This document shows positions 1 through 12,980 of a DNA stretch of 64,000 nucleotides, one piece after another. Each line of letters opens with the position of its first letter. The stretch's first letter is position 1. This stretch comes from Octopus sinensis. Taxonomy: Eukaryota. The stretch spans positions 127,472,001-127,536,000 of the forward strand of contig NC_043001.1 of assembly GCF_006345805.1 (NCBI RefSeq), in the 5' to 3' direction. The notes below the pieces were generated by a model. The model was not told the origin of the DNA, made no database searches, and saw nothing but the letters and a program-made list of their open reading frames with translations. Position numbers and translations under genes: made by a program.

Positions 1-212
1 TCCCCTAAAGAAAACGGATAGAACATGCTTCTGTGTTATGTCCCAAGAAGATTTTATATATTTTTATATATTTTTATATATTTTTATGTATTTTTATATA
101 TTTTTATACGAAAAATGCGAGCGATGTATAAGTACGCAGGCAAAGCAGAGTTATAACAGAGTAATTTCCCTTCATTTTTAACGGTATTTTTTCATAACGT
201 TTTCAAATAGCC

Positions 213-275
213 AGATAACCGAAGAGATGGTGTTGTGGATTTCCACTTCGGCATCTGAAACTCAGAGTTTTATCT
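213..275 (+). ncRNA. Type-I hammerhead ribozyme-like motif H1 (core CCGAAGA, U4C variant)
   Basis: Helix I agataa(213-218)/ttatct(270-275) is a perfect 6 bp; core ccgaaga 219-225; helix II gatggtg/cggcatc with one mismatch plus inner gtgg/ccac; one extra T; GAAA 257-260; helix III act-cag-agt; GUU triplet. Confidence 0.6.
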
Positions 276-388
276 TGACTACCGAGTAATGTAACATATT
301 GTATAGATAAATTTCCTCCTCTATTTACATAATATGAGGTCTCTTTCTTTCTTTTGTTATCTTACCCGTTTTATCAATATATATATAT

Positions 389-424
<36 letters not shown>

Positions 425-428
425 ATAT

Positions 429-586
429 GACAGGCTTCTTTCAGTTTCTGTCTACCAAATCCACTCACAAGGCTTTGGTCAGCCCGAGGCTATAGTAGAA
501 GACACCAAGATGCCACGCAGTAGGACTGAACCTGGAACTATGTAGTTGGTAAGCAAGCTACTTACCACACAGCCACTCCTGCGCCT
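429..586 (-). mobile_element. SINE family 1, tRNA-like head only
   Basis: Reverse complement reads aggcgcaggagtggctgtgtggtaag...ggttccaggttcagtcc (A/B-box-like), matching the full copies at 17767, 19375 and 55357. Confidence 0.85.
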
Positions 587-587
587 T

Positions 588-674
588 TATAGTTCAAATT
601 TACAAAAAAAAAACAAAAGGCGAAGACAGGTGTAGGAGCAACAAGCAGGTGTATTAGTTTAACACTCGGGATGT
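588..674 (-). mobile_element. 3' fragment of the short hammerhead-bearing element family seen at 49055-49215
   Basis: acaggtgt...caacaagc.gtgtattagttt.a..ctcggga is shared with 49089-49135; both end in tgtaaattt(g/c)aactata on the minus strand. Confidence 0.6.
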
Positions 675-1580
675 ATATAAAGATATACATATTTCATCCG
701 TATACATACATCCGTACACATATTTACACATACATACATACATATATACATACATACATACATACATACATACATGCATACATACATGCATACATGCATA
801 CATGCATACATACATGCATACATGCATACATACATACATACATACATACATATTTGTGTGTGCGCGTACACCCGCCTATGTGTGCGTATAGACATATATA
901 TATATATATATAGAAAGATCAAAAGGTGTTTGTATCATTATATCTATATGCTTGCCAGAATGTGTGTGCGCGCGCGCGCGTGTGTATGTGAGTTTGTGTG
1001 TGTGTATATGTGTAAGTGTGTGTGTGTGTGTGTGTTTATGGATTTGTGTTTTTCTACCTGTGTATATGTCTGTGTATATTTATGAGTGTGTATACGTATA
1101 TGTTTTTGTATCTGTATATATGTATGAATCTATATATTTATGAGTGCGTATAAGTGACTGTTTCGCGTGTATTTGTATACGTGTACGCATTTTGTATATA
1201 TATCTATCCGTGTAGATGTGTATGTGGGTTTTTTGGTATTTTTGATTTTGTCTGTGTGCGTATATGTACGCGCGTGTGTATTTACGTGTGTGCATGTACG
1301 TATCTGTGTGTATGTATGTATGTATGTATGTACGTATGTGTATGTGTGTATATGTATGTATGTATGTATGTGTGTGTATATGTATGTATGTATGTATGTA
1401 TGTGTGTGTATATGTATGTATGTATGTATGTGTGTGTATATGTATGTATGTATGTATGTATGTATGCATGTATGTATGTATGCATGTATGTATGTATGTG
1501 AGTGTATATGTATGTATGTATGTATGTATATATGTGTGTGTATTTGTGTGGGGTGGGGAGCTGCGTGTGTGAGTGTAATA
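675..1580. repeat. Compound (CATA)n/(TG)n/(TATG)n microsatellite block
   Basis: Direct inspection; source of the MYVC/HTYI pseudo-ORFs. Confidence 0.95.
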
Positions 1581-2223
1581 TCAATGGAAGCATGACGTTG
1601 CGAACAAACAACGCCCGTTGCTAAGCGAGAGACTTGTAGACAACATATCACTTTGTAGTGAGTCACAATTTTTACCTGACAATGAGTCTACAGGTGAAAA
1701 TTAATTTTCGCACTTAGAGCTTTCGGTGGCCGGGTTGATAAATTGTTGACCTTGAGGTTCTCACCTGATATATCCACTATTTGTATTAATATCTTTAGGG
1801 CGCCAGACTATTAGCAAAGTCGTTAGCGCATCCGAAAAATTGCTATGCGACATTTCTTCCAGCTCCTTTTACATTCTGAGTTCAAATCCCACCATAATCA
1901 AAATTGACTCTCGTCTCAAAACTGCTGGCTTTCCGCAAATTTAGAAACCAGTGTCTCGATCTCCTTCTCTATACTGGTTTATTTTGGCTTACTACAGCGG
2001 CGAATTGGCAAAATCGTTAAAGTGTAGAACGTAATGCCTTGCATTATCTGTTCCGGCTATCTGCGCTCTGTGTTCAAAACCTACTTAAGTTAAATTTCCT
2101 TACATCATTTCGGGGCCGATAAATAAAGTACTTGCACTGGTTTCAATTTTCTCACTCACTCTATATCTCTCTTGTCCTCTTTCGTTTTCTTTCTTTCTCT
2201 CTCTCGATCTCTTTCTCTTTCTT

Positions 2224-2301
<78 letters not shown>

Positions 2302-2789
2302 TCACTCACTTGTTCGCTCGCTCTGAAAGAAATGGGCAGTGTCCGAGCTTGGAGAAAGATGAGTCCCGTTATCTAAAATTCCCAAGATACGCCATATGGC
2401 ACAACGGCACCCAAACAATTCGATCAGGATATCAGAGCTCAAGAAGAAAGGAATACTCTGGCCTGGCCGACATCACCGGCGAGTTGACAGAATCATTAAA
2501 GTAATCATGAGCAGCCTACGGCTCACTCTCTGAATGGCAACCCGCTTCTCGAAAAGGGTTGGCCATCAAATTATCCTACTACCATTTACAACAGAAAAAG
2601 TCTGCCATTATGTAGTAATTACAGCAACGTGACTTGAGTGCTGGATATTACACGTGCTCGTCATGAGCACAGCCAGTGTATCATACTGATCATATGATAA
2701 AAACCAATTGTTTCTCGCTTGGATATCTAATATCCTATCAACCCGGTCCTCTGCAGCTCTGTCCAACATTCCATTTTCCAAGGGATAGA

Positions 2790-3910
2790 TAATGTACGTG
2801 GTCTGGGGTCAGCTTGGAAGCAAGGTCACTCACTCAACGACCTCAGATCACTTGATTTAGATGTGATAGCCATTACTGAAACCAGAATTTCTGCGACACA
2901 CGTCTAATGTTTGACGACTACAAAAAATATTCATCATGTGGTCTGATAGGACCGGACGGTGAAGTAGATGTGCTTTTCCAGATCACCGCGGAAGTTCAGG
3001 TGGTCGATTCTATATTAAAGGAATAAGAGGCGATGGCAGGAGCTAAGATAAATCCGAAGAAGTCGGTAGGCCTACGGATTGGTAACTGGAGAGGCAAGAC
3101 TATACCAACAAACAGCATGGTAAGTCGATGGACAGAGAGACCAGTGAAATTTTTCGATGTCTGATTTGGCCCGAAATTCCAGGTGAACAAGAACTGCGAT
3201 GATGTTACAAACAGGGTAGCCAGTCTCATTCAGAAATGGACTGAGAGGAAATTATCCCTGAAAGGTCGAGTCGATCAGTGGTTCCGAGTGCGTACATTGC
3301 CTCTTTAATAACTTAACGCCTGACCATTGTTCCTTGCTCCATTCGGCTGAACTGGAGCTTTTATCTTTCTGCTTCTTGTGGAAAGGATGCGTTTCACTGG
3401 CCAGCTGGTCCATCTGTTGCCAGCGCCCTCTGAATGGTGGACTTCGCCATCCAGAAGACACTGACAATAGATGTTAATATGTAGACAAACGCTGTGGCTA
3501 TGCCACTTGCAGATTTTCCTGGGCGGTAAGCCGGTGTGGCTGCTATTTCTTTGGTGGAGCTTCAGTCCTGGGACAAGAAAAGACCAAGATTAGGCGCCTG
3601 GCGCTTGGAATGTCATCAGATGCTCACTACTCTCCAGCACTCGGGCAATTCGGTCGATGGAAGTTCTACGGTAACAATATATAGAAAGAAATCTAGTGGT
3701 GGGTAAGAGCGATAAAGTTCTCAGAAAAACTCTATGCATCGACGAGGATGAACTAGCTGGTCTATTTCGGAAGACTTTCGAATACAGTACTAGCATGGAT
3801 AACTTCCAGAATTTCCTGGCCAATTCGAGATAAACTCTACAGGCACGGAAGTGCTATCGAGCGGAACTGTCCGACATGCGTGCAGAGCGATGAAACTGTT
3901 AAGCAGCAGT
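2790..3910 (+). mobile_element. Decayed, internally deleted L1/Tx1-type LINE ORF2 (APE N-terminus joined to RT thumb and CCHC region)
   Basis: NVRGL...LDLDVIAITETR at 2791-2886; AKINPKKSVGLRIGNW and KLSLKGR from about 2980; CPTCVQSDETV near 3865-3900; several stops and frameshifts. Confidence 0.8.
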
Positions 3911-3944
3911 TGACGTGGATGATTGTCAACAACCGGTGGTGGAT

Positions 3945-4140
3945 CGAGTCTAGGACATTTACCCCACCCCATGGACAATAGCCACCCAAGGACAATTAGA
4001 CCTGAGGACAACAGATGATGATTTAAAACTTCTTAATATATTGGGGAGTAGGTAATTAACTAATGGGGGTTAATTGTCCTAGGGGGTTGTTGTTGGGGAG
4101 AATTGTCCTATGGGGCGGGTAATTGTCCTAATATGGGTAG
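3945..4140. mobile_element. MITE-like foldback with short subterminal motif (ggacaatt.ccc) repeated in inverted orientation
   Basis: ggacatttacccc, ggacaatagcc and ggacaattagacc on the left; ttaattgtcct, gaattgtcct and gtaattgtcct on the right. Confidence 0.5.
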
Positions 4141-4169
4141 ATCGCCCTGAAGTGGGCAATTAGATTAGA

Positions 4170-6593
4170 ATTGAAAGTGTTTAACAAAAATTTAGTAATA
4201 GAAAGAAATAGATTAAAGAGAAAACTAGTCAGCAAACTAAAAGGCTATTAGTAAAAATATCGCGACGAACAAGTTAGCGGCGAGACTGGCCCTTGACCAT
4301 TTCTTTGAGACGAAACACGAAGGATGCCTTGTCAGAGCTAAGGCCCATGTGCTAAAACGCGAACGAACTAAAACTGTCCGATGAGCCCGATCGGTAAAGA
4401 CACGACGTGACAACAAAACCCCGATCGGGTATTTGGTGGATCAAGACAGGCGCGTACTACTCGCTTCTGAGCAGATGTGTACGACTTTACAGCGGCACTT
4501 TGGACGGCTGTCTGGAGAGGGTTATGGGTCAACGACGGTAGCGAACTTTACTTTGCACCTGGACGGCCTACTGCGGCTCTCAGCAGCGGACGCGAGATTC
4601 TTCGAAAACCCGCTAACAACCACTGAAATTTGGGAGGCGATGAGCAATTGCGCAGGTTGCAAATGCCCGGTTTGGATAATCGGCCCAATGAATTATATGT
4701 ATTCATGCTAGGTTTGTTGGGCAACCTCTTGGCAGAGATCTACCATAACTGACGACAGAACGGAAGAATTCCTAATGTTGTTAGTCGGAGTGTGGTAACG
4801 CTACTGACAAAGGACGTCCCAAAAGAGGGCATGTTAGGAAATTTTCGGCCCATAACCCTACTAAACACAGAGTTTAAGATGTTGGTCAAGGTGTTAGCGT
4901 AATAGTTTGCGGTCGTAGTTGGTAGTGTGGCTGAAGAAGCACAAACGTGCACACTCTCGAACAGGTCTATCGGCGACAACCTCCACCTTATGCGACACAT
5001 CGTCGAAAGGGCTGAGACTAAAGCTGGCTTCGGTAAGTCCTTGATCAATTTGAATCAATTGAAAGCATACGATAGGGTCAAACATCGCTACTTGGAAACC
5101 GTCCTTAAAGCAGCAGTTTTCGGACCCGCTTTCAAAAGCTGAATCGCTGCAATGCACAGCAGCACCTGCTTGGTGGTCAAAGTAAACGGCCACGTATTCG
5201 AATAGTTTCGTGTCACTCGTTCATTCCGCCATGTCTACTCGCTGTCACCTCTTCTGTACGTGCTGGCACTCGAACTACTGCTACGGAAGTTGGAACAGTT
5301 AAGGGGCATCCCTTTCGAACTGAGACTCGGGAGAGTCAGTGTCAGCATACACGGACGACGTCATCGTCATGGTATCGGACGACTCCGAAGTGTAGACGGT
5401 TGACTCCATTGTAAAGGAATATGAATCAGTTGCAGAGGCCAAAATCAACGCTGACAAATTGGTGGGCTTGAGACTGGGTACCTGAAGAGGCAGATCGATG
5501 CCGTCGGACGGTGTTGTTAGATGCTGGACTAACGGACCTGTTAAACTCTTCAGGGTCTGGTTCGATCCGACCTCCTGTTGTATAAGAATTGGGACGAGGT
5601 GACGATCAGGGTGGCCAGTCCTACCCAGAAATGGACAAAGAGGAAGCTGTTTCTGAAAGGCTGAGCAGAGGTGGAAAATGCCTACATCTGCTTTGTCATC
5701 ATTTATCGCCTGACCGTCGTACCTGGCCCAGATACTGCTTGGTTAGGTAGGAACGTCTCTTGTTTGTTTTCTTTTGGACGGGACGCATCCCAATGGTCAG
5801 GCGGTCAATCTGCTGCCAGCTCCCTCTGCCTAGCGGCTTAGGTATACCATGGCTTTTGATGCGCAGACATGCACTCAGGTGCGCCACCTGCGATGATTTC
5901 TCGACGATGAACGTGTGTGGGCTCCGTTTGTGAGACATGTCTTTCCGCAGCTCATCTTTGACGGAGCTGCAGTTATGGGTGAAGGTTAGACCGAGACTGG
6001 GTGCCTGGCACCTAGCATGTCGTCAGGGGCTCACTGTCCTCTACAAGTAGAGCAATAGGAACGGTGGATGTACCTCTTTAGCTATATAGAGAAGATTAGT
6101 AACGGGAAAGTGCGATAACGTCCTCAAAGAGACTCTAGGTGCCGATGAGAACGAACTGGCTAGTCTGTTCCGGAGGACTTTCCGGTGGGAGACTACTATG
6201 GACAATTTTCAGATACCTTTAACCTGGCAGTGCTACTGCGGGGTGCTACCGGTTCAGGATAAACTGAAAGGCATGAGGACAGATACATTCCTCTTTGTAG
6301 AGGTCACATTGACTTCTTCAAGTTTCACTTGAAAAGGAAATTGAAGGTGGAGAGGGAAATGATACCCTCGAGTGACTTTATTGAAAGGTGAGAGAAAGTT
6401 GCGAAAATGACTAGAGTGGAGGGTACCTTCTAAGTGTAGACCTGTAAGTCGGAGAAAGGGAATTAGAGAGGGCACTTGCCCTTAGTGTTCAGTGGGATCT
6501 CGGACGGTGGGGTTCCGCGATTATCTCTAGAGGTCCTCCTCTATCAGGAGAACCGCATCACTATCAACTTTTCTCAACTCTCTTACTGTCGTA

Positions 6594-6651
<58 letters not shown>

Positions 6652-6784
6652 TTCCCTTCTTTTATTGTATATTGTGTATACTTTTCTTTTTCTTTTTTTA
6701 TCCTTCATTGTATGTAAACCCCAACATTTTATGTCTGTCCTTGTATTGTCCTCCTCATCCTTCACCCTGGTAGCAAATAAAAGA

Positions 6785-6790
<6 letters not shown>
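4170..6790 (+). mobile_element. 5'-truncated decayed L1/Tx1-type LINE (ORF2 linker, RT, thumb, 3' UTR)
   Basis: RPITLLNT (4846-4870), RSIGDNLHLMRHI, LKAYDRVKHRYL, YTDDV at 5348; 3' UTR ends with aataaa (6776) and (AAT)n; frameshifted. Confidence 0.9.
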
Positions 6791-6818
<28 letters not shown>

Positions 6819-6888
6819 TAACAACAACAACAACAACACAACACAATAATAATAATAATAATAATTATTATTATTATTATTATTATTA

Positions 6889-6933
<45 letters not shown>

Positions 6934-7494
6934 CATCATCATCATTATTATTTTATCATTATTATCATTATTTAAGCATGGTACGTGCGTTAGCTTGGTG
7001 AAAAACAGTCCAGTGATCTTGAAAACTGTAGAGTGCGAACAGATAGACTTAGGAGCCACGATTCATTTTCCATTGACATTTACAGCCAATCATTGTACAT
7101 ACGTCACCAGTGATGCTGGAGTGTGCATGCATGTCATTCGATCCGATTCTATTGCCATCGCTCATAAAATAAGTCTTTGTGCCTAAGCCAGAAATCAATA
7201 CCGTTGTCATCATCATCATTCAGTGAAAATCAATTATTGATTAACTGGACAAAAATGCCTAGATGTGGATCTATAATATAATAGGCATGACAGTTGCGAC
7301 GTCTTCGCATATACTTGGGTAATATTTGTAGAATAATATATAAAAATAAAAAGTAGCTGAAAACAATGATTGGGAGAAGAAAGAAAAAAAACATAGCGAA
7401 GAAAAACTAGATTATAGAATTTCATAATTAGGAAATTAGATACTTAAGGATTAAAAGAAGGAAGAAGAAGGAAAAAGGTAAAGCGCTATCTCGA

Positions 7495-7730
7495 GTCTTA
7501 GGACTCATGCGGCCAATTACACGGTTTCCATGGTGTATAAGTGACCGAGAATATAATATCCTCGCTGCACAGGACGCCAATCTGTTGCTGGGTTTATTCA
7601 TTTACAGTTGAGTAGACAGGAGCAACATGAAATGAAGTGTTTTGCCCAAGAACCTAACGCACCACCCGGTCCGAAAATCGAAACCGCGAACTTGCGTACA
7701 ACAGCCTTAACCACTTGACCACGAGTTTTC
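7495..7730 (-). mobile_element. tRNA-derived SINE family 4 (central attggcgtcctgtgcag, V-domain-like)
   Basis: Minus strand shows B-box-like gtttcgattttc, ttgggcaaaacacttcatttc and the V-like motif; related copies at 23770-23965, 19935-20050, 25320-25445, 56950-57180. Confidence 0.6.
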
Positions 7731-8110
7731 TCAGAGGGAGAAAGAGCTAGATTAAATCAAATGGGAAGAAGAAAAAAAAACAAAGAAAAAAGAGGGAAGC
7801 AGTTAATTCATTTTTGAAAAGAATTAAACGAAAAGGGAAAAGAAGGACTTGAACAAAAAGACGATTAGAGAGAAAGAAAGAAAATGTTTAGAAGATGAGT
7901 GATAAAAAATTAAAAGAAAAATGGTGAAAATATTAGGAAATGAGATTAAAGAAAGAAAGAAAAAGTAATGGAAAAGGAATGAAAGATTAAAAGAATAGGA
8001 AAAAGAAGAAAATAAAGACAAAAATAATTCTATTTTGGGTCAAAGGCCGTGAGAAACATTTAAACAAAGGACAGAGGTGATTTACATAGAACTGTGTAAA
8101 CAATAACACA

Positions 8111-8830
8111 CTAACAACGCGAAATTCTAACAACAAAATTCATCCATAGAGGAGGAGAATGCCACCCAGGTTTTTTGTTGAAGATAGAGAACTCTGAAAT
8201 GACCTTCCACACCACACAACTGGCATCTTTGTCTTTTGTTTTCAACTCCAATACGCAGCTCTTGGAAAGGTGGATAAGTTCTGGAATCTTTTTCACATTA
8301 TTTAGCTTGATGTGGAGAAGAATCTCCACTGAGGTCTCAAACCAAAAATCTTTCTTCGTTCGTATGATGTCGAGAATGGTGTTACTGCCCTCCAAGGCAA
8401 TACAGGTCAGCAAGCTGCCAGAAGTTTAATCCAGGTGAAGCTTTCTCTATCTTAACGCAACGGGACCTGCATTCGAAATATGTTTTGTAGAGGCTTGTTC
8501 CCTATTGCGTATGGGAGATAGGGAGTGCTTCAGCGCGAGGACTTCGCTCTTGAAGAGGACCTCCACGTTCTCGCACTGCTTTGCCCTGGTTACATAATGT
8601 ATATCTGCCTACAGTTCTTTGCGAATTCTTTCCATGTGGGGGTGTGCTACTGTTTCTAGATATCGCGTTTTACAACACTTTCTTCCAAGCAGTTCCTGCC
8701 AAAACCTCAATTTGGATGGCAAGTTGTGCTCTCTTCTCGTTCACCTTCACAAGCTGTTTCATCTGTGTCAGCCACGCCTCCCTGTTGTTTAGGGAAAGTG
8801 AAAGTACTGTGCTAATTTCGCTGCCATCCC
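8111..8830 (-). mobile_element. Decayed coding relic resembling L1/Tx1-type ORF1
   Basis: Minus-strand frame reads ...IRKEL*ADIHYVTRAKQCENVEVLFKSEVLALKHS...LLTCIALEGSNTILDIIRTKKDFWFETSVEILLHIKLNNVKKIPELIHL with few stops; assignment from recalled resemblance only. Confidence 0.45.
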
Positions 8831-9035
8831 AGCAAAAGATGACCTGCCTATGGAGTTGTCCCCCACCACTTCCTTTGTCGTCGTCCTTATTCCCGTTACT
8901 GCTGCTGCTGCTGCTGCTGTGGTTGTTTTCGCTGCTATCGCTGTTGGTGCTGCTGTTGTTGTGTTTCCTGTTGTCGTGCTGTTGTAGTTGTTTGCGGTGA
9001 TGTCACTTTTGTAGTTGTTTCTTGTGTTGTTAAAA

Positions 9036-9452
9036 AGTGAGCTGGCAGAAACGTTAAGCACGCCGGGCGAAATGCTTAGCGGTATTTCGTCTGCCGTTAC
9101 GTTGTGAGTTCAAATTCCGCCGAGGTCGACTTTGCCTTTCATCCTTTCGGGGTCGATAAATGAAGTACCAGTTACGCACTGGGGTCGATGTAATCGACTT
9201 AATACCTATGTCTGTCATGGTTCGTCCCCTCTGCGTTTAGCCCCTTGTGGGTCATAAAGAAATAGGTATTTCGTCTGCCGTTACGTTGTGAGTTCAAATT
9301 CCGCCGAGGTCGACTTTGCCTTTCATCCTTTCGGGGTCGATAAATTAAGTACCAGTTACGCACTGGGGTCGATGTAATCGACTTAATACCTATGTCTGTC
9401 CTTGTTTGTCCCCTCTGTGTTTAACCCCTTGTGGGTAATAAAGAATAGGTAT
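9036..9452 (+). mobile_element. SINE family 2, one head plus two tandem ~184-bp body units
   Basis: A-box-like tggcagaaacgtt, B-box-like gagttcaaattcc, gactttgcctttcatcctttcggggtcgataa; units 9082-9265 and 9266-9449. Confidence 0.85.
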
Positions 9453-9922
9453 TCTTCATCGCCGTCGTTACTGTTGCAGTTATTATTGCTGTTACTGCTG
9501 GTGTCACTTTTTGTTGCTGCTGTTGATATTGTCGTTTCCTGTGTTCTTCGTGTTGTTCTTACAGTTGTCGTCACCATTGCTGTTCTTGTTATCATTGTTG
9601 TTTTTTTGTTGTTCTTGTTGCTACTAATTTTGTGCAACACTTCTCTCATGAAGCTGGTAGCGGTATGAAAAGATTTTTCTTCTACATCATTTTGAATCAC
9701 ATATTGGACTTCCTGCCTCTATAATTCCAAACGAGTAAACAACACTTCAAAGCACAGATAAAATTGTTCCAAAGTTGTACGATTTCGCAGTTCCCATCTT
9801 CACACAGCGAAGGAAAAATCGTTATTTAAAGTTTTAACAAAAATTACAACAGCCGAAAACTTTTCCACAAGATTTAACAAACCTTCGAGAACCGATATAA
9901 CGTAAGTCCAACACAAATAATG

Positions 9923-9969
<47 letters not shown>

Positions 9970-9973
<4 letters not shown>

Positions 9974-10527
9974 GCCCTGATGCAGTACCAAGCAGAGGCT
10001 CTCATGGCTTCTGATCTTAACTGATTGGAAGTGTTATCATGTACATTGTTCTGTCTTGGTATAAAAGATGGGCTACAGCAAATATTCTGCTCAATACCAC
10101 AGATTTGCTTGTCAGTTGTTTGACCTTAACCAGTTGAGCATGTCCCTTAGTGGCTGACGATATGTGCATCTCTGATCACGAGCAGAAGTAGTGGGGGAGC
10201 ATCATAGCCATGTGTTGAGAGGGATTCTTTGGGGTTTGAATAATTCACCTCTGGAGACATGGGTGGGTTTTTCAACATCCTTAAACAACCCTTATTCAGG
10301 GACCGTTTGAGCGGGATGGGCTACTCAACCTGAAGAAAATTCTAACTGGGCCCCACCTGCAAGGTCATGTGCAGTTTATCTTGATATGAGATCACCATGC
10401 CGCGCACATATGGTTGTGATGCATGTGCCTGGTGTGCCCTTATCAGACGAGTAGTCATGATGGGTATATTGGGCTTCGTATATTTTACCCCAGTGTCACT
10501 TTGATGGCATGAACTGCTCTCTCACTC
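9970..10527 (+). mobile_element. 558-bp unclassified (TAA)n-anchored interspersed element, full-length copy
   Basis: aaatgccctgatgcagtacc...gaactgctctctcactc, flanked by (AAT)n; near-identical copies at 35629 and 36241. Confidence 0.85.
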
Positions 10528-10810
<283 letters not shown>

Positions 10811-12010
10811 AAAAACCTCATACTAAGTAACAAAACAGGCAAAGAAATATCTAAGTGAATTCCAAATACATCAAATCCCAGGATTAGACGTGCTGGAAAC
10901 AACCATAGAAAAAGCTAAGCGTATAAAAACTCTTGCTAAAACTACTGCCTTAGATATTCTTACTGATAAATGGCAAGAAAAACCTCTCAATGTCAAATAC
11001 CCAAAGAGAGCTAATAACGCTAATGTTGACAAAGCCCTTCAATGGCTAGTGTCTTTTGGCTTAAAATCAGAAACAGAAGGGTTTATCATAGCAACCCAAG
11101 AGCAATGCCTACCCACAAGAAGTTACCTGGTCAACATTTTAAAGAACGGCAGTAGTCCATGTCGTGTATGTAAACAACAAAATGAGACCATCGATCATGT
11201 TTCCATGTGCAGCCTTCTTGCGCTTACAGAGTATCTCAGCAGACATGATAGAGCAGCACAGTATATCCACAGGGTAATTTGCAAAGACTTGGACCTGCCC
11301 CATGATAAAAACTGGTGGAAACACAAACCACAACCAGTACTTGAAAATGACCATATCTCACTCCTTTGGAACCTTACTGTTCAAACTGACAGAAAGATAG
11401 ATGCAAAGAGGCCAGACATTATATTGAAGGCTTTCAGACAAAAATTATGCCTCCTCGTCAATGTGACTATACCAATCGACATAAATGTATTTGTCAAGAC
11501 CTACCAAAAAATTAGCAAATATAAAGATCTTGAAATAGAAATTGGCAAAATGTGGAACCTCAAAACTAAAACAGTACATGTCATAAATGCCCTAGCAATG
11601 ATAGCAAAAGGGGCTGGTTGCTACCTATCTCCGATACCAGGAAATCCCAAAATGGAAGAAATTCAAAAACAGCGCTCATAGGAACTGCTCATATCCTACG
11701 TAAAATATTGTCTATGTAATCCCCAAAACATTTTAATCTGTAAACTGTCAAAATACTTTTAAATGAACATAACAAACACTTTTTAATTGTCATCTTAACA
11801 TACCATTTTCATCTTATAATCAAAGTACATTTAAAACAAACTTCTTATTTACTTATGTGTTGACAGACATTCTCTAGAACAATATTCTGTGCAAAGACAA
11901 AAATATGGCACCCTAGTCATAATACCAACTTGCACTTCTAACTTGTCTCTTAAGGTCTCTGGATGAGACTTGGCGCCAACTTGTACAAATACAAGGCAAC
12001 AGTCAAACAT
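10811..12010 (+). mobile_element. R4/Dong-like non-LTR retrotransposon 3' fragment (subfamily A): CCHC knuckle, restriction-like endonuclease, 3' UTR
   Basis: ORF 10890-11681: GLKSETEGFIIATQEQ, CRVCKQQNETIDH, RHD, KRPDI, KISKYKDL. Confidence 0.9.
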
Positions 12011-12130
12011 AGAAGAAGAAGAAGAAGAAGAAGAAGAAGAAGAAGAAGAAGAAGAAGAAGAAGAAGAAGAAGAAGAAGAAGAAGAAGAAGAAGAAGAAGA
12101 AGAAGAAGAAGAAGAAGAAGAAGAAGAAGA
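12011..12130. repeat. Pure (GAA)n tract, about 40 units
   Basis: Direct inspection. Confidence 0.98.
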
Positions 12131-12910
12131 TGGCGACTATGGATAACTAAAAGTGATTAAAAACCGAAAACGGAGGCTCTAATCTGTGCTGCCCAAAGCA
12201 AGTATTAAGAACCAATTACATCAAATACAGAATAGACAACACATCAGAAAGTGATAAGTGCAGAATTTGTGGACAAAATGGTGAAATCGTATGACATATT
12301 ACCAGTCAGTGTACGCCACTAGCCCAGAAAGAACATAAGAGACGTCATGACAATATAGCAATAATTGTCCATTGGACACTTTGCAACAAGTATGGACTTG
12401 ACGGAGCAAAAAAGTGGTACGAATATAAACCTGAAGGCAGCATCGAAAATGATAATACAAAGATCCTATGGGATTTTATGATTCAGTGCGACCATGAGAT
12501 AGAGAGTATGAAACTAGACATAGGGTTAATTGAGACAGAAAGCAAACGATGCTGGATCGTAGATATAGCATGCCTAGCTGACAACAAGGTATGCGATAAG
12601 GAAGAAAGAAAAGTCGATAGATATAACAGGTTAGCTTCGGAGGTTAAGCAGCTGAGGTCGCTGAGAAAGGTGGTAGTAGTACCGATAATTGTTGGAGTAC
12701 TGGGAACAGTGAGTAAAAACCTTGAAAAGTACGTGGAACAAATAGGGGATGCAATAAGGATGGAGCACTTGTAGAAAACAGCAATGCTTGGAACCGCTTG
12801 AATACTCCGGATGGTGCTCGAAACATAAGAAGTGTTACCTTAGTTCACGGGTAGTGAACAGCTGACACCATAGTACATCACAATCGTTAGAAGTTGTGCA
12901 AAGACAATAA
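12131..12910 (+). mobile_element. R4/Dong-like 3' fragment (subfamily C)
   Basis: KTEALICAAQ, CRICGQNGE, RRHDN, ILWDF, VDIAC, KVDRY, PIIVGVLG; 3' end runs into (TAA)n. Confidence 0.85.
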
Positions 12911-12970
<60 letters not shown>

Positions 12971-12980
12971 TAATAATAAT

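Noticed and set aside
6476-7186. 236-aa ORF
   Set aside because: Runs through a LINE 3' UTR, (TA)n and (AAT)n; compositional artefact
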